Assembly: GCA_951406725.2 (NCBI GenBank)
Contig: OX597814.1
Coordinates: forward strand, 55,676,001 to 55,740,000
Source of the DNA: Octopus vulgaris
Taxonomy: Eukaryota
DNA: 64,000 bases
Direction of reading: 5' to 3'
Below are positions 52,600 through 64,000 of this stretch, piece after piece. Numbering within the stretch: the first letter of the stretch is position 1; every line of letters begins with the position of its first letter. Below the pieces are notes generated by a model. It had not been told where the DNA came from and searched no databases. It saw only the letters and a list, made by a program, of their open reading frames with translations. A program made the translations under genes and the position numbers.

Positions 52600-54350
52600 C
52601 AACAACGAATTATACACAAGAATTACAAGCATTATGTTCAGTTGGTGAGAACCTCAACAAAACTACCTCAACTGACATCTGCAACCATCAAAGAATACCT
52701 ACCAAATATGACTAGCTTCCTTACAAGAAACAGATTTCCACATTCTTCCATTTGATCAAAACTCACAATTCTGGATTTAAATATATCAGACTTTGTGTCT
52801 GGCTTTTACAGACCCTCATACAAAATTTCCTCACTCCTCTCTTGGATCCTAACATCTATGCTCCTAACCTCTCTTGGATATCTCAGCAACCCAGATAAGG
52901 TCATCCATAAGGTCAACTCAAACCCAATACATTCAAAAATGCCTTCAGTTTTGACATCATCTCTCTGCACCTCAGCACCACTCTCTCAGGCATTAATCTA
53001 CTGACTGATTGCATCATATTTTCTAACCTTTACTCTTTCAGCCAACCCATCACTAACATCCATCAACTCCTTTCCATCATCACAAACAATACATATTTCA
53101 GTTCTCTCAATAATACCACCTAAAACAGATATTAGACTTACTAATGGTGTCTTGCTTGTCAAGTCTGCTGGCCACCAATTATATGGGCCAAGAGAAGTGT
53201 TGAGCACTCAACACCTACCCTTCCTAACTTCTTCACCAGGCATTCATTATCATCTCTTCCTAAGAGAAAGAAGCTGACACAATATTCAAAACACTCATGA
53301 ATATATAAGAATGCATAAAACACCCTACTGACACTGCATCCCACCTCCATTCAATCTGAAATAAAGAGAGGTGACATCAACACCAGCTTCTACCAGAAGG
53401 TTACCTGCAAAGATCTGTTTGTCCATTATGGATCAGTCTTCCCAATCAATACTAAATCCTAAAACATTCAGAACAGGTACACTTGTATTTATGACAAATG
53501 CAGTGAGGCAGAAGATTGGGCCACTGACACTAAATAGTTGCAAAAGGTGCTTGCAGTCAAAAAGATAGTCAACATTTATTATCAGCTGCTATCAGGACTC
53601 TAAAAAAAATTGAAAAACTCTTTCAGTGTCTGTTTCTTCAAGTTACCACACTTTAGTAAAAGTACAACTCCTATCCATAAGGTGATATAACTGGTAAACT
53701 CAGAATCTTCCCAACAGAAACATCTATACTGAAGAAATGAATCCTCAACAACTGAAATGTATGAGCAGTGGCCAATGGTTACATCTACATGTACAAGCCT
53801 CTGTAAACTTACAATGAGTATCAAATCCAGTGCTCCAAATGTGATGAGTGTTACATGAATAACATTATTTAATTCCTATACATCCAAATCAAGAAAAATA
53901 TTTTCACATGCACATCATCATTTAAAAAATCCCTTGGAAAATCCAAGAACATGAACAAGGACTTTATGATTACCATCAAAACCACAAATTGTAATATTGG
54001 TCACTTGCAAACCAAAGAAGCTATCCAAACCAAAGAGGTTAACTATTAATAATCAACATGAACTGATTAATTGACCAATGATTATTACAGCCAGTCATTG
54101 TGCATCACAATACTTGACTCAATTTTTATTGTACATATGTTGCAATAGTGCCTGATATTGATAGCCCATGGAATATGATAGCCTCAATCTCCACCACTCA
54201 TCAACATACTTGATCTTTTGAATTTCACTCATACAAACCCACCATGCCAACCTAAATGGTGATGTATTTTCTCTCACTCTCTCTACTTCTCATAATCTTT
54301 CATAAAGAGTATTTTGCTTGAAATATCAGGACTATGAAATATTTTTAAAG
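52600..54350 (+). mobile_element. Decayed Penelope-like element (RT plus GIY-YIG remnants)
   Basis: Eroded motifs in order: PSYKISSLLSWIL, SFDIISL, T.FYQK, a C...YI..T-like segment at about 53760-53820 and KEAIQ. A degenerate hammerhead-like motif follows at about 54291-54336. Confidence 0.6.
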
Positions 54351-55275
54351 TAGCAATTCAATATTTTTGTTTTTGTTCTTATTGCAATGTGATTTTCCGA
54401 CTGCATTTCTGAAGCATTCTAACACATTGTATTTGTATATTGCTAAATTTTATAATGATATAAAGGAAAAATATTCAAAATACAAAGGTATACACTGTAA
54501 TTAAGCTAATATTAACATAGTTAATCTTGTACACATAGTTAATGATTCATCACTATTACAGTAAATTAGGTAAATCTATACTTTGCTGATGAGATCGTAA
54601 GACTAAAACATGTTAGAATTTGTCTTACATACTGAAATAATATATTCACCTATATTGCTTTTTCCTTACAACATAACTATTTTTTGTTGCCTTTCTTAAT
54701 TTCCCTGGATTAAATAAGTTAACATCAACACATACTTCATTTTTCTCAGCCACAAACTGATACTAGAATTACCAATGGGTATATTATATTATTTTGTCTG
54801 TCAAGTCTATTTGCTATTACTTATATGGATTAATTGAAATGTTGAGTACTCAAATCCTGTACCCACCTCCTATACCTTTTTCACTAGATATATAAATGAT
54901 GTCACCAACCTTAAAATTTCCATGATGTAGCTGACACAGCATTCAAAACAATTACAAATATTTATACCCACATAAAGTTTAGCTCAGAGCTCTCCAGATG
55001 ACATTACATCTGTTTCCTTTTTCATGGAGATGGTGTCTCTGAGGTGTCTCTTTCACAGTAAGTTGTACTTCTAGAAAATGCATAACTTCGAAGGCCAACT
55101 AGAAATATTTATGTGGCAACTAAAAAGCAATATTAGTCAATATTATTTAATGACTAATATTAATTTAAATCTCACAGCAAGTAGAAGACAATTCTAGACA
55201 TGTTTCAGGCTTGTAATGATTTCATCAGCAAACTTTCATAAGTTAACTTTGTCCATTTAAATGGGCAGTTGGTAA

Positions 55276-55280
<5 letters not shown>

Positions 55281-55336
<56 letters not shown>
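55281..55336. repeat. (TG)n microsatellite
   Basis: Direct inspection. (ATT)n tracts also occur at 42411-42452, 43828-43883, 44631-44677 and 56340-56420. Confidence 0.97.
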
Positions 55337-55340
<4 letters not shown>

Positions 55341-56335
55341 TCTGTGTACATATATATATATATATTGATTAGTTAAAAATTAATTAAAAATCCTCAAACC
55401 TAATTTTAAATTATTTTGAATTACAAATGGCTATAAATCAATCCTATACACAACAAAATGAGTTAAAATAACCATAACAAGTGCAAGGTTATTTTCTATG
55501 TTTTCATATTAATATTATTTGGCAATTACTCAAATATATAAAAGCATAGAATTCATTGCTAATTCTACTTTTGGAGCCTATAAAGATGTAAAACACTTTC
55601 AAGTGTGTGGTTTAGTCTATTTGGTTTATTATTTATGGCAATGAAGTAGAACACTAAATAAAACAAGTTTGATCTCTTGGCTGATATCCAAGTTAAATCA
55701 AACTATATTGAATAATATCAGCATATTGTATAATGCATTAATTAAAATATTTTATATATAATCTGGAGAGGAGTGGCAATATGCTGCATTACAAACCTGT
55801 TCAATCTAAGCCAGCATATAAAAAGCTGACATTTGAAGAGCAATGATGATGATGGTGATATTCTACAAAGTTAATTTTTCTTTTGTATTCCTAAGGTCGT
55901 CAAAACATTATTTTCCATATAATATTGATTTGTTATATAGACCCAAGGCCATGCATTTTTTGTGAGGTAGGTATAGTTCTTCAGATTAAACCCCACAGAG
56001 AATGAAAGGCAAAGTTATTTCCAGTGGTATTTGAACTCAGAATATAAAGTGACTAGGAAATTGAATAACAAATGACATTTTGTTTTTCAACTTAGCGATT
56101 TTATCAATCTATCACCTTGTGTATATCTAATAACAAAATATAAATGATGTCTTTCAAATAAAAATAGCACACTACTAATGGAAAGTAGAATTTAATTTGT
56201 TAGTGGGAAAATTTACTACAATTTTGTTTTCATATTTTCTTGTCTGTAGGGAAGAGGAAACATCCAAAGTAGTGTTAGACATTTCTAAAATAGAAGATGG
56301 ATAACAGAAAAAAACTTTTAAAACAAATTATTTTA

Positions 56336-56417
<82 letters not shown>

Positions 56418-58999
56418 TTTAGAAGTAATGGGAGATGTCTGTTATTTCTGCTAGTTCTCTGAGACTGATATGGTCAAGATTTAGTATGCACATCTGTAAG
56501 TGAATGACTTTGAAAAAAATATTATATTTACAGACAAGGTTGTGGAGCTAATAAGTTTGCTTCTCAACATGCGCATGGTTCCAGATTAAATACTACTGTA
56601 TGACACATTAGGCAAGTGTCTTCTATATCTTCAGGGTAATCAATTGCTTGAAAATAGAATTTGGTAGACAAAAAATATTCAAAATGTTGTATATATCTAC
56701 ATGTGTGTGTGTGTGTGTATACATACATACATACATATATGTGTGTGTATGTGTGTGTGTTTACACCAATCTAAGAACTGGTGTTGTTTATGGAGTGTTG
56801 CTTTATTTTTTTGAGCACAAAATACAGTGGGTGGGGGAAAAAAAGAAGGAGGCAACAATGTCAAAATCCTCAATAACATTTTTGTTGACTCTCAGAGATC
56901 AAGGTCCGATGTGTGACATAGGAAAGCAAATCTTCAGCTGATCTGATTCTTCAAAACTGTTACCATAACAACAAAGAGACTGAAAAGAAAAACGAATGTG
57001 GTCATATGTGACACTATCATATTGGAAATGATGGAAATGTGTATGACAGGTTAATATATTACATGACCAGAGATATTCCTCTTTTTAAGAAACAGGATAC
57101 AATGTTACATGTTTCCCTCTGAGTTGGATTAGACCCTTTAAAAAAGATTTAAACTTTTAAGAGTTGCTTGTGTACTCATATATATGAAATAACTCAGAAG
57201 AGCAATGATTGAGAGTTATGGGGAGGATGTTGTCAGTATATTTCCTAACAGTTTGCAATGATCTGTAAAGTTTCCTTATTAGGTAATTATGTACAGTAAA
57301 TGTATTGACTGAATATGAAAGAGATAATAAATATTCAGTTTCAAGTGATCTAAGATAGGAGATGGAGATAAAAGTAGACAAGCAAGTTGTTCTACACAAT
57401 GCTGGTCTAGATAAGAAGCACCAACTACTGAGTTTAGCATATACAGGTATAGAAAGAGTACTGAATGAACTTAACTGAGAAGTGACATAGAGTTACCAAA
57501 TTCAAAACAAAGCTAGGTGCAAAATTAGTAGAAAACAGAAAGAGAACACATATTGATGATGGAAGAGTAGTTAGAAAGAGTTGAGAGTATTTCAGAAAAA
57601 AATTTATCTCAATATTTGGTGTAGTGATAGTGACAGCCTGTCTTCCAATTGAACTCAAGGAAACTATGTGCATTAGTTTTTCTATTGCTGATGCTATCCA
57701 ACAGTCACAAATCCTGATAGAAGAGTCACTTTTTGTTTTTTTGTCTGGTGACAGAATGCAAGTATTTCAACTCAGAATGCACAGAGTTAGCTGAAACAGA
57801 TACTGCAAACTATGACATCTGATGTTCTCATAATTCCTCCAATCCACAGCCTTAGACTGGTACGTTGATTGCTGACCCCAACGAAAAGCTGGAAGGTAAA
57901 GTTCACCTCAGTAGGAAATGAACTCAGTACAAAGTATCTGAACGAATCGTCGTCGTCGTGTCGTTACAGCAAAATATTCTATCTGGTGTTCTAACAACAC
58001 TGCCAATTTGTCACTTTTCATTATTTGGAAGACAAGTTCATTGTATTTTTGTTAAGGCTTTGTGATTAAATAAAAAATTAACAGCATACACAAAAATATA
58101 ATAGAATACTGCACAAAAGTATAATGTCCAGTGCAGTATTTTTCATATGTAACTTCTTTAATACATAATGACTTTTCCTCTACTCATAGGTTTCTCATTT
58201 ATGTTTTTCTAAGCATCATCTGTATCTTGTTTGGTATCCAATTATTTATACCCTGTATTATGCTAGCATATGCAAAATGGAAGAAAAAATATTGATTCTG
58301 TTTGAAAGCACATACAAAGGACTTGTCATCATCATCATTGACATTGCCACAAACCATCATCATCACCACTACAATCACTACCACTACCACCATCATTATT
58401 GTTGTAGTCATTATCACTGTATTTATCATTAATGTTATTGCTGCAATTGATATAACCGCCCACCCCCCTGCCATCTGCTGTTACTAGATAAACAAAGGGG
58501 ATGTTTAAATATTGAACATAATCCACAACAGTTAAGGACTGTACTTGTTTACTGGTTTATCTGTTTTAGCAGCAATATCATTTATTCTGTTTAACCACAC
58601 CTTAGCAATATTTGTCATATCTGAAAGATGAACAAAATATGTAGGACAACTTTATTTGCACAAGAGGTGTAATAAAAAATTTCTACTTCAGAGTACAAAT
58701 ATAATCAGTTTTATAATTTCACATATAAACTATTCTAAAATTAGGTAAGGATAACATGCTAACCACATTTTTTATAGCGAGAAGATACATACAATATTTA
58801 ATTTATATTTGCTTTTTTAAGCTCAAGAAAAGAATTTATAGAGAAATAGAACTGTGGATGAAAAACCCTAATTATGAAAAGAGCTTTCTGCTTTCTTTTG
58901 ATTTTTCCTTAAAACAGAATCTTATATGGGAAAACCTACAACCATCAAGTAATGTCATATCCAAACATATTTTTACACGTTTCATGATCTCTAAGTAGA

Positions 59000-59440
59000 G
59001 CTGGACAAGACTCTACATGCCAGTCTATTCAATGGCATCATCCTACCTGCATTCTTAAATGCAAGTGAGATGTGGGTTACTATGAAGAGCAGAGAACATC
59101 AATTGACTATGATGCAAAGGACTATGGAAAGATCCATGGTAGGAATGTCATTACAAGAGCAATACCCAAAGCGAGGTAATGCAAGGATGAAGCAGAATGA
59201 ATGAGATATCAAAAAATATCAAAAGCACAAGTTCTGCTGGGTTGGACATGTTGCAAGGCTCACAGACAACAGGCAAATCTGTGCAGTTGCTGAGTGGTAT
59301 CCAAGAGGTCAGAAAAGGCTTCCATGACAATGGGAAGATGACTTAGTCAAACAGTTTAGGTCAGAATGGAAAATAAGGGTGCACTCAAGGAAGAATGGAA
59401 GTACATTGTAACCAGCAGTGTATAAGAACATCTGATAGTC
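59000..59440 (+). mobile_element. RTE-clade LINE 3' fragment, decayed
   Basis: LFNGIILPAFLNASEMW and WVGHVARLTDNR motifs. Confidence 0.7.
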
Positions 59441-60187
59441 TGGTGATAAAAGTGGTATATATCGAGGCAGTGTAGTATATGCACTCAACAAAAATAAATA
59501 CAGATACATACTAGCAAAATCTGATATGCATGATGTACAAATGTACTTCTACATCAATTTAAACACATATACACACAACAATGAAAACAAAATACATAGA
59601 CATATACATATGTGCACACCAAAATATGAACTGCCACAAATTGATGATAAATACATAAACTAACAAAGACACATTCCAACAAGTATGCTAGCAAAAATTT
59701 ACAACACACACACTTTCAGACAAACACTGTCAAACATGGTTTATTCTGATAAAACAGTCACAAACTTACAATTTATATGCACACAAACACATGCATTCAC
59801 ATGATTAAAATTTAAGTTTTAAAATATAAACCTCCCTCTTCCTTTCATCTATTATTCATTCTGTTCACCTTGATGCTTTCCTTCTCTGCTTATTTGTCTT
59901 CCCTTCTACTGGTAATTATCCTTATTGTCACCCAATCCACCCCACCTCTCACTACCACCACTTCTTTTTTTTATTAATTTACTACCAACTAAATTTTCCT
60001 CAGTCATATTTTTTTCATGAGTTTTTGTCAATTTCCAAGTCATGAGAAAGCTTTTGTATTCTATAAGTTGAGCACAGACATTGAATTATTATTGACTATA
60101 TCTTCCTTCAAAATGTATGGTCTTATTTCAATATTAGAAATCATTAAATAAATTATAATAGAAGACTGAAGAAGCTAAAAGTTATAT

Positions 60188-60405
60188 TAACCCTTTATCA
60201 TTCAGCTTTCTCTGTCAAATGTAATGTCTATTTATTCACACTGATTTGAATTAGTCATACATTACCTTGTAACTTTGAGATGTGATTATTTATTTTTAGA
60301 ATGACATTGTAGGGTAGGTGTAAGAGGTAAGATCTGGCCACTTTAAAGATAAAACATGTAGATTATTTTGGCCAGATATAGCCAGTTTAAATGTTAAAGT
60401 ACTGA
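60188..60405. mobile_element. piggyBac-type MITE remnant
   Basis: Begins TTAA-CCCTTTAtcatt. The right end aatgttaaag is only partly complementary. Confidence 0.4.
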
Positions 60406-60767
60406 AGTGCTGAGCAAGAACATATTTATGAGTTGTGTTCAAGAACCAGATTAATACACCAATAAAGTTAGTTATTTTTGTATTTTTAAAAATAAATTGA
60501 AACATATAGATAGTGTATACTTGTTAGAAATATAGTTATAAAGAGGTTATTTTGCTAACATGTAGTAAAAAGCATTTTTATCACTGGTCCTAACAGTGCA
60601 GCCAAAACAAAGCTTTATTGAAGTTGTTACTGTTTCTATGCATGCCAGCATTCTAGAACACATAGAAAATAAGGTCATTATAAAAAAATATAAACAAAAA
60701 AATTAAGATAAACAATATTTTTATAATCAACTTTTATACTATTGCTGTCTTATCTATGTACAGTTAC

Positions 60768-60883
60768 TTCTCTTTAGTTACTACCTTCTTTAGTACTACT
60801 GTGCTGGCTTCAGCTCTTCTGAGCCAGCAATCTGTATTGCATCTTCTATGTTTATCCAATGCACTTACTTCTCCACTTGCCAT
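60768..60883 (-). CDS. Candidate alternative first coding exon (MASGEVSALDKHRRCNTDCWLRRAEASTVVLKKVVTKE)
   Basis: aggATGG start with an upstream in-frame stop, 38 codons plus AA|GTAACT (phase 2). An internal GAA|GTAAGT donor after codon 5 is an alternative. Confidence 0.3.
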
Positions 60884-63099
60884 CCTTAATTTGCCAAAAA
60901 AGAAAGGGGGTGGGGTTCATTCTACAAAGCAAACATTTTCCCAAACTACAAATGTTCTTCCAAAAGCTTTAACACTTTTATTTTTAGCTCTCTAACTTTT
61001 CTGGGCTGGGAAGTTTTTATGAATTATAACTAAAAATTCTCATTCATTTAGCACAACAAAGAAAAGAAGAAAATCATGAGGTTTACAATCAACAATTAAC
61101 ATTTACAGATAATTAGAGATATATTTACATGATAAAATTCCATTGAATAAATCTATCATGGTAGAACTGCATTTTCACTTTAGGGAAAAACATGCATATA
61201 CAGATATGTTTTATTAAGGCTTGAGCTAGCAGAGTATCAGGCGTTACAGTGATAAAAAATATCATTCAAAGAAGTCTTTTTCAATAGATTCAACACATTT
61301 TTATCAATACTTTTTTTTACTGGAAGTCAATGTCTTCCTTCTAAGAAAGAATAGCCTATCCATAAAGCATTGTATCCTCCAGAATATCTATGCATTTGCA
61401 TTCTTTGAATTAGTTATTCAACTGGCAACACTTTAGTTCTATTTTTTCTATTCAGTCTAAATAATTATATATACATAGAAGATGAAGAATTACTTATGTG
61501 TGTTGTTTTAAATCAAATGAAGGAAGCATCAAAGATGATGTGTAATGAGTGAAAAATTGTTTAAAAACTAATCACAAAATCTTTAATATAAAATTAGGAT
61601 TCATTAAGAGACATTAATGTTCTGCTGTTACTGAAATGCTGTAACTGGCTTAGAGGTATGAAAATGAATAGAAAACTCAATATTTAGTCACCAATTCATA
61701 ATATAATTAATACATTTAATAAATCTAACTGGTTCACTTTTGAGAATAAAACTTGAATTTATTTCAACACAAATTTGAACAAAATATTTAGTTTCTCAGA
61801 ATAAATTTTAACAAAATTTGAGTATTTTTTATCTATTTATTTTTGAAATAAATTGCAAGTGGTTGCTGCTGAAAATTGGTAATGTGCTAATGTGAATAAA
61901 AAGCATCAGAAGACTAGGATTTTGTTTTGCATTAAGTCACGTACATAGGAACTATCACGTTTATGCTGTCATAAAACATGAAAAAAGTTCATGATAAAGG
62001 AAGTTCGTGTTTTTCCTTCAATTCTTATTATGTCTAACACAAAGGGTGAATTTTCCTTTTGCATCTGAATCATTTATTGCTTTATTTAATCTTTCACGAT
62101 AATTGTATTTTGCCATTTCCTTAAACATCAACAAGAATTTCTAAGTGGCAACTGCTTCTTCATGTATAAATATTCTTAGACTACCTAGCATAATGCTAAT
62201 CAGATGTAGTAATTTCATTATATTCCTAATCAAAATAGTTAAATAGTTAACCCCGCCCTACCTTACAGCATTCAAAATATGATGTATGTATCTGATTTTG
62301 TCAAATAACTCAAGAACATTCAGTTTTGACACTCAAAGAAAGAACATGTTATTATGTAATAAATTGAAATAACTTTTCCCAAAAGAACTATTCTAATTTA
62401 TGAAAATAATTATTTAGCTTAATTTTTAAGATTATATTTAACATCTGATCTTAGTAAAGGATTATCTCATTGGATTATCTCATACTCTTATTGCAGATGA
62501 ATATTATCAATAACACACAATATGAAAGTGATTATCACAGAGAAAAAGTATCAAAGGAATTCCTCTCTGCTGTTTGAAGCATGTGATAAATCATCTTTAA
62601 TGCTTTGGTTGGGTACAAATGCTTGATACCTAAAAATAAAGTTAACAAAAAAAAAACACTCTCAATGGCAATGTTTAATGCCTCTTAATTAAAGATAAGA
62701 AGGAATACATACTCTTGAATAATATATACAAATTATCATAAGATCAAAACCAATAAATTGACAGAAATAAAAAAAGCCTTCAATAAAGTTGATCAAAGAA
62801 TGGTATATCACAAACTGCATGACCCTAGATGAATGCATGACATTTGACAAATAGTTGTTAAACAACTGTAGCCAAGAATGCTCTCTCTCTCTCTCCAAGG
62901 TGACATCAACTTTAAGCAGAGCCCCTCAGGAAATAGTACTGGGACCATAGCTAGTTTTGGCTGCTCTCTCAGACTGATGATATAATCAAACAGGCAGTCA
63001 AGAACCTGGACAATAATCTTTTCTACTACAGGCACAAGGCCTGAACTTTTGGCAAGTCAGTGCTCAACAGGCATCAGTTCAAAACTCATTGCAAATTTA

Positions 63100-63800
63100 G
63101 CATGAAGTGTCTAGGTTACATAGGAGAGTAAGTCTTCTTGAGATCTAGCTTTATGAAAGTCATATAAATCAGTCAGTAAGGAGAGAGAGAAAGAGACAGA
63201 GGTTTCAGATGCTGGAAAACATTGTTCTGAATGGATGCTTCCATTTTGTTTGAAATATTGAAATTGTGATGGAGCAATAGTTGGTAGGGTTACAGGGATT
63301 GCTATTCTTGAGAATAGGGCATACTGTATTGTGTTCCTAAAGATTGAGTATATCCTTGTTAGTAGGGAGAGAATGAGAGAGAGAGAAAGCCAGCTCTGGT
63401 TATAGGACATTGTCTGAGCCAGTAACCTTGTTGCTTTGAAACAACAATAGGTGTATTCACATTTTGTATGCATGTATGCAAGGTAGTAAGCCTGGTGGAG
63501 TTTTGAAGGCTAGATTTGGAGGAGATTCACTAAATATGTGCAGTGTGGAGTTGGATGCAAAACAGGCAGTAAAGTAGAGGTGTTTCTCCACAGATATACT
63601 GTTCACTGTTCTCAAGATCATCTTAGTTGAGAAGTGGAGGAAAAGAAAAAACATCAGAGAAGATCTTTTAATACAGTATCAGAAATTTGGGAGGTGAGAG
63701 AGCTTGAAGGTTGTGTAATACATAGAGGCTTCCTTCATGGTTTGGATGGTGGTCTTACAAAGCTTGACCTGCTGGAGTACAGCTATGAATGAGCCAGTTG
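63100..63800 (-). mobile_element. Decayed CR1/Jockey-like LINE RT fragment
   Basis: Minus strand near 63270-63320 reads PILKNSNPCNPTNYCSIT, matching the PIPK.G...P.NYRPI motif. Confidence 0.55.
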
Positions 63801-64000
63801 GTGGAGGATGAAGTTTTTGTTATGTGTGGAATGTGGAGGAACATACCTAAAATAATGGTGCCTGTCACATGTTTAACTCTTTCTAGTGTGTCAGGAGTGA
63901 AGCACATGCTACTAGGCAGAACAGTAGAGGTCTGAACAGCTGGTTGATGAAAGGCAAATCAATCTCAGCAGAATTTGAACACAGAACATGAAGTCAAAAG

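Overview
AT-rich, repeat-dense eukaryotic DNA. The SINE families, (AT)n/(CA)n/(ATT)n/(CAT)n microsatellites and decayed LINEs look like a coleoid cephalopod (Octopus-like) genome; that assignment is inference, not a database match. There is no intact long gene, and most ORFs in the track are microsatellite, SINE or antisense artefacts. The window probably lies in the very long 5' introns of one minus-strand gene: candidate exons at 60768-60883, 25223-25410, 14736-14759 and 25-63 all have compatible phase-2 junctions. Well-supported mobile elements: a hAT transposon with TIRs and an 8-bp TSD (5209-8384), a Tc1 (18016-19533), a maT/DD37D deletion derivative (12090-12958), a mariner (about 37520-38613), two head-to-head non-autonomous Helitrons, MITEs, and RTE, CR1, R4 and Penelope remnants. 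The most unusual signals: (i) several long fold-back palindromes, some carrying Penelope-type minimal hammerhead ribozyme motifs, plus a near-canonical stand-alone hammerhead at 36893-36942; (ii) three tightly packed, intronless, virus-like ORFs at 9228-10135; (iii) a GC-rich 61-bp higher-order minisatellite grown out of a SINE (32460-33263). Coordinates of decayed repeats are approximate.
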